Below, one piece after another: positions 1-10,700 of a stretch of 64,000 bases of DNA. Origin of the DNA: Lama glama. Taxonomy: Eukaryota. Each line of letters begins with the position of its first letter. The first letter of the stretch is position 1. The notes below the pieces were generated by a model that saw only the letters and a list, made by a program, of their open reading frames with translations, was not told where the DNA came from and ran no database searches. Position numbers and translations under genes: made by a program. The stretch is from NCBI GenBank assembly GCA_028534125.1, contig CM052818.1, positions 38,564,001 through 38,628,000 on the forward strand, given 5' to 3'.

Positions 1-2189
1 TTAATCAATCAGGCCAGTCCATTTGGTCCATTTTTAGTGCTTCTCCTACTGTACCTTTTCTTTCTCTGGTGTCTTAGATCACTTCCTCTGCCTGTTTTAT
101 TACCTTGACCTCTAGTCAGGGGTCTTAACACCAGGGTAACGGATAATAGAAGACTGCCCTCAGTGACTGCGGTCTGATACTTTGGACAACCTTCTCTTCC
201 CTCTGGGTCCTTGCTCCCACGACATATTCCATGTTTTTGCCCTTCAGCTTTTCCTCTCCCTCCCTGGCACCCTGCCTCCCCATTCACAGGGCCCCTCGGC
301 CACACAGGGCTGAGTCCTGTTCTGTAACGGGCACAGATGCAGACTGAGGGTGCAGGTCTCCCCTCAGCTCTGTGTGGGGGCAAAGCCACAGAGCTAGGAT
401 GAAAGGCACATACAGCCCAACTCCCGGTAGCACCAGAGGCAGGGAATAATCCAAACACAGGACACACCAACCTCAGCTCCTCTCTCCTTGTCCGAGGGCC
501 GCTCAGCATCTTCAGGCTCCCCACAGGGCCGTCCAGTCCTGGCAAACCCCAGTGGAAATGTGGCCTCCCAGGGGTTCTCCCTCGGGCCAGTGGAGCAGTC
601 TCCGTCTCCAAGGGGGGTCTCTACTTGGGAGAGTTCCTCCACGGCAGTCAGGAGGCTGCGACCCGGGCTCCAACTCTGCTGCTGACTGACTGCCTCTGTG
701 AACCTGGGCAGGTCACCAGCCATCTCGCCTGACGGTCCTCCCAGGACTGACAGCCTGTGGGTCCAGTATGACCATGGTGTGCCCTACTTTAGGCAGATTC
801 AATATACACAGACTATAAGCCTGAAACTCACTATGCAACTAAGTGTGGGCTGCCTGGACGTGCCCACATTATCCAGACTCCAAGGTCTTCCTCCTCTTTA
901 CTATCTGAATCAACCCACTGCACTCCAGCCCTTCCCACGGTCCCCTAACACGTGGCTGTCGTGTAAGCCATCTGCTCCCATCTCTCTAGGGCTCTCTTTC
1001 CCTCCCTCCTTTGACTTTCCCCAGGTCCCCACACTCTGTCTGCCCCACCCAATAGAGGAAGACTCCTGTCCCTGTAGAAGGCAGAACAATTTGACTCTTC
1101 TGTGGTTATGTCTGGGAAGGCAGTGGGGCCTCCTGTTTTATAACCCAAAGGCCCGTTGACCTATTTTCCTTAAAGACAAAACAGTCTTCTTACCAGGAAA
1201 CAAATTGCCTTCCTTTTAGGCCAACAGACTCCAACTGCAGCCAGCTTTAAAATGTTTCCTTCTCATCTTTCACAAACTAATAGGGGAATGATTCATCCTA
1301 TGATGTTTTTAAAAGAATCTGTTTATCAAAAATTCTTCACACAATTTTCCTGGGACAGGGTAGATGGGTGAAGAGACCCCCCCCCACCATGTATTTGCCT
1401 TCTCCCAAGAGGCTAAGATGAGAAACTTGCACAAGAGAGATGTAGTGAAATCTTCAGTTTTGCTGCAAGAGATGAGTCCCGTGGATGCAGGTTCTTGGTT
1501 AGAACATTCTCCGCACATTCCTTTTCAGTGTCTAAGGGAAGGAAACAGGTGATGGATGGCGGAGGGTAGTGTTTGCAGGCAGTTTTTCTGCTGCAAATAG
1601 TCACTTACATTGGAAGGTGATTTCTGAGCCAATCACACCCCTGCCTCACTTTACACATTCACTAGACTCAAGAAAACCCTTTATATAGGTGTTCGCTTTG
1701 ATAAATCAAAGAATATTTGGAATTTACAATGTAAGAGAATCTGATGGGAAGATTCTTGTAAAGCAGTTTCCTCTTATCCTGTGAGCCATCCTTCCTAAAG
1801 TGAATGTTCTTTGCAAGTTTTGGGGTTTTATGGAGTTTTCTTCAATCAAGGTGGTACCCAGCCAGGACCCACTGAGGCCACTGGAAGACAGTATGTGGTA
1901 AATGCACCAGGTGGCAGGAAGGACTTTGTTCTTCTGTTACAGAAATATTTCTGTTCTGGGAACTATCCAATCAAGAGAGATTAAGCAGGTTACTTGGTTT
2001 GTACATATGGTACCTTTCCTCACAGAGGCCTAGACTGACATGGAGGCAGGAGATGTTTCCTGTCACCTCATCATCACTGACACGTACATGAGGGCAAGGT
2101 CACCCTGGGGAGTCAGGCAAAGGATCCAGGTGCCTCTTTCACCTCCAATTCATGCTCCTCCTATCCCCTTGGCTACACATCATACTTTG

Positions 2190-2410
2190 CCACCCACCCC
2201 TAGGCTTTGCTCACTCTTTTCCCCAAGCATAGAACACTCCCCTCACTCTAAGAAACCATTCAGAGCCCTGTGAGGTCCCACCTCCTCTAGGAAAACTTCC
2301 AAGACTTGCCATCCTCTCCTGAGCTCCGTCAGCCTTGACCCTCTGTCTGCCCACAGTGTCCATCGTTCTCCATCAAGCCTCATGTTCCCTCTGGGCCTGA
2401 CATAGGCTTG
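2190..2410 (+). mobile_element. LINE-2 3' fragment
   Basis: GGCTTTGCTCACTCTTTTCCCC...AGAACACTCC...CACCTCCTCTAGGAAAACTTCC. Confidence 0.55.
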
Positions 2411-2619
2411 TCTCACCGTGATACTTCAGCATGGCCTGGGGCCCTCTCCTTAGAGGCGGGGCAAGGTTCCCCGCTCCCCTCAGGCCACTGTGGGGACAGA
2501 ATTTGGTTGTGCTTCCCCAGAGGAAGGTATGACAGCACACCCCAACCCTGAAAGTGGCCCTGCTTCGGGCCAGCCAGCAATTACTTTGTAGTGGAGAGGG
2601 CAGGTCGGGTGGAAACAAG

Positions 2620-2745
2620 ATTGGACTTAGGGAGCAGGGGGACAGGGTTCTGGTCCCAGCTCCTCCTCTCTCATACTTTTGACCTGTGTCTGGGAAGTCA
2701 CATAACCTCCCTGAGCCTCCATGTCTTTACCTGATAAAAATCCCT
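2620..2745 (+). mobile_element. MIR SINE
   Basis: GGGTTCTGGTCCCAGCTC...GGAAGTCACATAACCTCCCTGAGCCTCCATGTCTTTACCTG. Confidence 0.75.
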
Positions 2746-5700
2746 CTCCCAGGAACATGGTGAAGTGCCCGCTGAAGGCATCACACACTCAACCTGCACA
2801 TTGCTGGGTACACAGGAGATGCTAAGCAAATGTATGTTGATTGGATGAGGATGGTCCACGCTTTCCCAGAATGCTGAGCTCTCCCCTGCTGGGCTTTGAC
2901 TGGGAGCTGGCCTGGCTCACCCGCCACCCAGCACAGCTGGCTTCTTTGCACCATCTCGATTCCTGCAGAAGCTTTCTCTTGTTGGACAGAACACACGCTT
3001 CCCGTCAGCTTNNNNNNNNNNNNNNNNNNNNNNNNNNNNNNNNNNNNNNNNNNNNNNNNNNNNNNNNNNNNNNNNNNNNNNNNNNNNNNNNNNNNNNNNN
3101 NNNNNNNNNNNNNNNNNNNNNNNNNNNNNNNNNNNNNNNNNNNCTCTCCTCAGCTCTCTGGGAGGCTGGGTCACAGAGACTCTGGGGAGAGCCAAGCCCA
3201 GGTCTGGAGGCCGGGTCCCTCGGTATCCAGACGTGCAGCCACCAAAGCTGGGATTGTCAACAGGTGGACACCTGCAACAGGCCCCTCGGAGACTCGGGTG
3301 CCACCAGAAACCCGGTGGAATTCTCTCTCGGCCCAGGAACTGCCCTTGTCTAAGCTGCAAACACAGTCCAGAGCAAGCACGCTGCAGACAATCACAGCCA
3401 CCTCTCAGCAGCCCCAAAACTCCAGTCAAGACCCATGCCTTGTCCACTTCCTTCCCAGGACCCCTCCTTCACCCACTCCTCTGGCCTGTTCAAGCCTAGC
3501 TCAATTCCTTCTCCAATGAGGGCCTCCCAAAGTCCCTCCCAGAAGTGCCTCCCTCCTCCAGCCACACCAGGCCACAGTGGGGTCACCCCTGTCTCCCACA
3601 TGGGCCCTAGCTCAGGGCCTTGCTGTGGGGGCCTCGGGAGATGCTCAACTCAACATGCCCGTCCACCTCCCCACAGAGCCCAGCTACCACTGGGCAGGGA
3701 TCTGTGGTCAAGGAGGTGAGACAGAAGGTGCTGTTCTCCCACAATTGTGTTTTGAAAGGAGACAGACCATGCACACCGAACAGCAGACACAAGGTCACTT
3801 AGAACACGAGGGAGGGGAGGGGCCCAGTGAGCAGGTGGGTTTGTGCAGCTATACCCAGTACCCAGCATGGAGCCAGGTAAAGTCTACACAACAAACCAGC
3901 AACCGCTTCCCTGTTAGTCTCCGGTGTTCCCTAGTGAAGCTCCCCCAGAGCTTCTGGAAAGCAGGACTCTGGCTGAGGACACAGAGGTGGTAAGCTGTTC
4001 TGCGCCTTCCCAGCTCGCCCCCAGGCTAAGGCTGGGCCCTGGTCTGCCTCGGGGGCACCGGAGGCCGAGGTTCTGCTCCCTCCACGGGCTCCTTCCCTCT
4101 GGCTCCTTGCCTCTCCTGACCCGGCCTGTACCTGCCCCAAGGGAACCACCACCACGGCCCCTGGATAATTCCAAGTTCCCGGTGGCGTTGCTAAGAGCTT
4201 GGCTGCCACCTGTCAGGAATTTTGCAGTCAGGGATGTNNNNNNNNNNNNNNNNNNNNNNNNNNNNNNNNNNNNNNNNNNNNNNNNNNNNNNNNNNNNNNN
4301 NNNNNNNNNNNNNNNNNNNNNNNNNNNNNNNNNNNNNNNNNNNNNNNNNNNNNNNNNNNNNNNNNNNNNNNNNNNNNNNNNNNNNNNNNNNNNNNNNNNN
4401 NNNNNNNNNNNNNNNNNNNNNNNNNNNNNNNNNNNNNNNNNNNNNNNNNNNNNNNNNNNNNNNNNNNNNNNNNNNNNNNNNNNNNNNNNNNNNNNNNNNN
4501 NNNNNNNNNNNNNNNNNNNNNNNNNNNNNNNNNNNNNNNNNNNNNNNNNNNNNNACCCGACGGGACACCAAATTAAGGAAAGCCGCACAATGAATGTGTG
4601 AGAAAAAACATTAGTGTATAAACACAGAGGCCAAGGCTCCCCAAGGGGAGGGTGAGCAAAGGGAGGCCATGGAATTACAGAGAGAGGGTCGCCGGGGGCT
4701 ACCGCTGGGATTTCACGCCAGTGGCCTACAGGTAATGAATTATTTTAAAGGAAATTGGCACCAACATGATCTTAGGTCAAAAAGATGAAAAAAGTAAAAA
4801 GAGCGTATTTTTCTATAGCTGTTGAATTAAGTGCTGAAGTAGAAAGTGAGCCGTTCTGAACAAAATATAAAGCTGGAGGTGAGAATATACAATGGCTCAG
4901 GAGAGGTTACGGTTTCAAGGCCCGCCGATCCCTGAGAATCTAGCCACCCCCCCCCAACTCCATGTCACTGCCCTGGCTGGGGCAGAGTCCCTGGGTGTGC
5001 CTGAGGCCAGCTCGGGGGCAGGAGGAAGCAGCCCATCGCCCACTGGGACCGGAACTCTCCACTGACTTTCCCAGCTGCCCAGACAGAAAACCAAACTTTA
5101 AAATTCTTCCAGATATGGAAATCCCCATGTTCCCTTTATTGGAGATTCACAGACTGTGGAGAGGACTTGAAGAGGGTGGCCCTGTGTTTTCTGTGGTCTT
5201 CCCTTGAGGATGAGGGAGAGGCCTTCTCACCTCCTGGGCCAGGCCTGGGTTCACACATCTCATCTCATCCATAACCCACAACTGGGCCTCCTGTGCCCAG
5301 GCGCCCGGCAGGGGCACAGCAAAACCTTACAGATCAACTTTAGGGCAGCAACGGCGGTTCCAACTACACACCTTCAGGGATGCTGGGAGGGAGCCCACAC
5401 TGCAAGGGAGGCCGCACCCCTTGCTCAGTGAGAACTCGGTAAGTGACGGAGGAGAGGCAGGGTGAGGCGGGCCGGTCCCCAGGAGGGGCCACACTGTGAT
5501 TAATGATGCTCCCTGGAGGTTCTCCCAGCAACTGTGCAAGGCCGCCGGGGAATGCAGAGCAAGCTGCTCTCAGGGCCGCCCAGCCCCGCACGGGGCTCCA
5601 GGGCATCCCTGTGCTGGAAGAAACGTCCAAGCTCACAGTTTTCCCCCCACATTCAGCCCAGGTCTCCCTCAGGGGAAAGAAGGGACTTTGTCCTTCGTTC

Positions 5701-5789
5701 CCATCCTCCAACCGAGGACACAGAGGAGACTCCAAGGCCCGGCCACCTGGATCTGTTTCCTGTTCCCTCCTGTGCCAGGGTTGTGGCCT

Positions 5790-5955
5790 TCTGAGATCCC
5801 TGGGCTGCTCTGTCATGTAACATGTGGGTAATAACAGTACCTACCTCAGAGGTGCTTGTGAAAATTATAGGCATTAATACGTGTCAGGTGCTTAGAGCGG
5901 TGACTGACACCAGTGAACGCTACAGTACTACAGAAAGCGGTACTTGCTGTTTTGA
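5790..5955 (+). mobile_element. MIR SINE 3' half
   Basis: GGGTAATAACAGTACCTACCTCAGAGG...GTGCTTAGAGCGGTGACTGACAC. Confidence 0.8.
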
Positions 5956-6356
5956 TTATCTGATGATCTGACTTCAGAGACCCACACGGGCTACCAGCCT
6001 GGGGCACTAGGAGGCCTTGTCTTGACTGAGTTTCTGCCTGGGCTCTAACTTAAGGCATCTCGCAGACCTCACAACACAGAGAGGACATTTCTCAGGTGAT
6101 GGGACCATGGTAGTCGGCCGACCTGGGTAAGCCAGCCAGGCCACCACTGCGTCCAGCAGCGAAGGAGCTCATTGATACTCTCCTCCCCTCCCCACAAAGT
6201 TACCAGGAGCCCAGGATCCAGGAGGATGCTGCCGCAACACACAACAGCAGTGTGGAGTAGGAACAAGTTCTCAGCCACACGCAACTTGGCGAGTTGATTG
6301 GAAGTATTGAAAGACATGTACGGCACCAACGGCTCACAAAGTCCCAAGATTAGCTG

Positions 6357-6388
6357 TGGTCACAAAGGTCACAAGGTCACAAAGTTCC
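6357..6388 (+). promoter_or_regulatory. Tandem nuclear-receptor half-site array including a perfect DR2
   Basis: TGGTCA-caa-AGGTCA-ca-AGGTCA-caa-AGTTCC. Confidence 0.4.
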
Positions 6389-6589
6389 AGACTCAGCAAA
6401 GTGAAGAAAGTCACCCCAGCTGAAGGCCCCTTGGCTTTCTCATGCCTCAGTGAGCCCATCAGAGGTCAGTCCCCTGTCACATTTCTCCAGACCACAGTGG
6501 TCCTACCTGCACAATGAAACAGCTGGACCAGGTAACTTCGAAAGGGCTCAATGGACAGTGTCCCTCCTATAACCATCATCATCATCAGG

Positions 6590-6980
6590 AGTAACAATAA
6601 TAGGGACTTGTCTACAGATTACTTCCTGTGTGCGAGACAGTGTTCACAGTGTTACAATAAACCCATAGTCCCAAACTGTGGTCTTTATTTTACAGATAGG
6701 GAAACAGGCTCCAAAAGGTTGAGTAGCTTCAATTTTACAACTTATCCACAGCAAACTGGGCTTAAAATCCAGATCTGTGTGATCTCCAAAACCATACCTG
6801 CAAACATACACAGTACCATTTTTATAACACAAAGGATGACACCAGTAATTTTAAAATCTTCCCTGTGCCAGGCACACTGAGTGGCTTTATCTCCTTTCAT
6901 CCTCACATCAACCTTATGTAAAGGTGGGTGTGGTCAACCCAGTTTTACAGGGGGATTAAGTAACTTGTCTAAAGCCAAGA
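6590..6980 (-). mobile_element. Two MIR fragments
   Basis: TTTTACAGATAGGGAAACAGGCTC and TCCTCACATCAACCTTATG...CCCAGTTTTACAG...TTAAGTAACTTGTCTAA. Confidence 0.75.
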
Positions 6981-7423
6981 GAGTAACCTTTCTAACTTGT
7001 ATATCAAATCCTGTCACTCCCTTTGTTGAAAATCTAACTCACCTTAGCCAGGATATATTTTCCTTATTACTCCCTAAGTTTATTTTTGGCGACAACAGAA
7101 TTGATGTTCTTCCCATTAGCACTAGGAAGGCCAAACAAGTTATTAAAGTACTGAAATATATCTGAACCAATCAGAACCTCTCCATATGCCTCCCGCCCCT
7201 GCCCCAGTCATCCTAGGGGACCCACTGGGCCTCCCCAAGACTCCAGACACTGCTGTGTATCTGACAGTGTCCATTCCGATGGGTCAGTTCCTGTGCCAGG
7301 CTGAATGCTGCCCCTGGGTGACAGTATCCTAAGCACATACACAGGCATGTAGGCACAAATGTGACATTGACCCTGGCCCTGTAAGTTTGTGCACATGGAA
7401 CACAGGAGTGCAGAAATGCTTTT

Positions 7424-7723
7424 TGTTAAAAAATAAACATACTGACGTGGTTCTAATGCCTTAGGAGCCTATGTAAGCAAAGCAAAATCGAAACTTAAGA
7501 ACAACCGATCACAATTAGCCAACTAGATGCTCCCAGATAAGGCAACCGCTCCAGCTGTAGCCAATCAAATTCTTTCCTTGCTTGGCTTCTGCCTCTTCTG
7601 TCTATAAGTCTTGCCCCTAGCTCCTGTCGGTGGAGCACTTCCAACTTGGCACTGCCCGATTCAAACTGATTTTGCACCAGTAAACTCTTAAAATGTTTAA
7701 TATGCCTCAGTTTTATCTTTTCA
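7424..7723 (+). mobile_element. ERV1/MER4-group-like solo LTR
   Basis: TG...CA ends with imperfect terminal inverted repeats (TGTTAAAAAATAAA / TTTTATCTTTTCA). U3-R-like order: TGACGT 7443, AGCCAATCA 7559-7567, TATAA 7603-7607, AGTAAA 7679-7684. Confidence 0.75.
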
Positions 7724-10700
7724 TACCTATGTACAGACAGCAGGCAACACACATCTGCACGAACGTATGTGCAGGCATGCACACACAAATGATCAGGTGC
7801 ACCCCCACCCATATAACCCCAGGGCATCCTCCCTCCTGGTACCTCTGTGTAGCTGCCAGGTGCCCCATTCCAGACTCACCGCCCACCTCTGCTTCTGAAA
7901 TCCTCTGTTTCCTGTTCCAGGGTTCCCTCAGCTGCTCCTTCGAAACCCAGGGCTACGCCGTCAGATACCTGGAAGCAGAGAAGGGCTCCCCAGCCATGGT
8001 CAGATGGCTGGTCCTTGAGAGAGGGGGCCGAGAGCAAGGCTTTTGTCAACCTGGCCTGGAGTCTTCAGCACACACAAGAGCTCTACCTGTTAGATGTCAG
8101 CTCAACTAGAAGAGAAACAGCCCCATCCCAGGCAGGCAGGTGTGATTGTCCACAGCCTCCAAGCTCCCAGAAAGTCCACATGTTCAGCCACTTAGCAGAA
8201 AGTTGAGGAAGAGGCTTAGGGTCCACCAGCTCCAGGTGAGCCCAGCTTGGCACCAGCCACAGACCAGGGGTGGGCGCGTTCCTCACTTGGTCTGTTACTC
8301 CCTGTGGGGTGCACTTCCTGACAGTTGTAGAAATCCTCACAAGAGTGCGTCACAGCGCTTTGCTCTCAAACGAACTCCAGAGCAGGTCAGCCCACACTCC
8401 CTGGCCTGAGCACAAATGAGGGACTTCTCACCTCCTGGCCTCCTACTCCAGCCAGTGTCACAAGGTGCTGAGCCAGGCCCAGAAGTAGAGATGGGCTATA
8501 TTGTTTCTTTCAACAAACAGTTAATGAGCACCTGCTGTGTGCCTGCTCTCTTCTGGGAGAGCCCAAAACAAACACAAATCTCTCCATTCTGCCTGGAGTA
8601 GTTCCACCTGCAAAGCTGTCCCCCTCCTGCAGGACCGTGTCATTTGTTGGCCTCTGACTCCTTCTATAGGGGCCACAAACTCCCCTCTGTTCTATGAGGT
8701 TTTTGTGTCTCAGAACCTCTCATGTCCCTCCCAGCTTGGACTTACATCAGGGTAACTTCCAGAGACATCTCTCACAGCCAGGAGAACAGCTGAGCCTCCA
8801 AGAAAAGGCCTGGCATGTCTGGGCTTGGAGAAAGCGCTCCCTCCCAGCCTCGGCCCCAGGCTTGACTTTCTCCAGCGAGTGTCTCTCACTTGAGTAAGAT
8901 GCCCCAGAAATAAACCCCTTCCCACCTGAAGAACTCCACCCAAGGGCTGCCCAGGGCCGTGCCTGCTGGGGAGATGCACTTCCAGCTGCACACATGCTGT
9001 CTCTGTTTCATTTTATGTAGAGGGGCCCCTGGGAATTTCAGAGGCGACACTGATGAATGGACTGCACATGGCCTGACTGCCAAGACCAACGGGACTATTT
9101 GGAGGGCCTTCCAACCAAATTTCTGTGCTCCAGAAGTCATTCATCAGAGCTGCTTCCACTGGACCAAGCCACTCTCCACTGGGACCACCCACCTGCCTAT
9201 ATCCTGGAAGAGCCCTGTACTCCTCCCTGCATGCAAGGAACACGTCCCATAACATCTTCACCCCCAGCAAAGGATCAGGAACCAAGTAATGACTCCCTAA
9301 ACATACTGCTTGTGTTTGCCTCCAGCAGAATCAGGTCAACAAAGGCAAAGTCTCTGTTTTGAACCCTTTCCTGGACCCCCAGGTGTCCTTCCCTCCGACC
9401 ACCCATCACCTCTTTATTTTGGCCACCTTACTTCAGGTCAACATCAGCTGAAGGGTCAGAAAAGGGAGCCAGTTCCCTGCACAGCTCCTGCCTCCAAGGA
9501 GTTGACTTGAATTATCCCTGATGCTCATGACATCCTCCCTGTGCACCTGCGCCACTCAGTACAGAGGAGGCAACATCTGCACATGGCTGTCCTTCACACA
9601 AGGAGACATATTTTACACACAACCTAAGGTTCAGGGTAACACCCACTGTTGGATCCAAACCAATGTTCAAAATTGAGTTAAAGCTCAAAATGTGCCAAAT
9701 ATGCTCAGCCCAAGATCAGGATTTACAGAGAATTGCCCAGACCATGGGTGTTAAGCTGACTATGTGTATTCCTCACTGGGTAGAGGACTAGCATGGACCA
9801 GACTACTCCTGGACCCCCAAATCCTCCCTAGAATCAGGGTCTTCGCCACTGGCCTCACTACCCAAACTTGTAATTTGGGGGGCCCTCCATGTCCTGGATG
9901 GCAGTCCCTCTCCCTGACAGCCAGCTGGACACAACAGAGCCTCAGGCAGGGCCAGTGGGAGGAAGCCTCATTGGTATAGCCGACTGAGTAGAACCACACT
10001 GTTCACTCTCCCCTCCTCCCCGGGAACAGGACAAGGATGGAGAAGACAAGAACAATGTGCTGCTTTGACTCACCTTGCTAATATTTACCGTTCCCTCAAT
10101 TACCTTCCAACCCTAGAAAACAGAAAACACACTTAATAAAATTTAGCTCACTCAGTAACATCAAGAGTTTGCAAAAGATAAAGTGTGCCCATTGAAATGA
10201 CAGCTAGATCGAGGCTAGAACTTTGTACTCTCTGGTCTCAGTGCCTAGAGCAAGGCAGTCATTTGGCTTCTATTATCTAATGAATGATAAGAGCCACCTC
10301 GGTTCGGTTTGTTTTGGTTTGGTTCTTGGTCTGTTTGTCTCTTAAGCCTCTCATCTGACTCTGTTCATGCCACACAAAGCAAGCCCTAGCCAAGAAGACA
10401 GGCATCGCAGGGCCAGGGAGAATGTGGGGCCATAGGGATCTGCAGGAAACACAAACGTGGGCTGAGGGCCCCCTGCCCCACCATCTCGTAAGATGAATGA
10501 GCACTGCTTCCTTTCTCTTCCGAGCCTGTTGGCTCTGGCTGAGATGTGAGGTTGGAGGGCCCACTCAGGGCCCTCTCTCCCAACTCTGGGGTGCACAGTG
10601 GGCTTCCTGCATCACTGCATCCAGCGGAGTCCCCAGGGAAGCATCCCAAGCTACAATGGGCATTTAGTGCCTCCTTAGTGAGGGGAGCTGGTTGACATGG

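Noticed and set aside
9-611. 200-aa minus-strand ORF and other long single-exon ORFs (698-1159, 5364-5816, 55996-56954)
   Set aside because: Low-complexity G/P/R/S composition typical of GC-rich non-coding DNA or LTR sequence; no recognisable domain.
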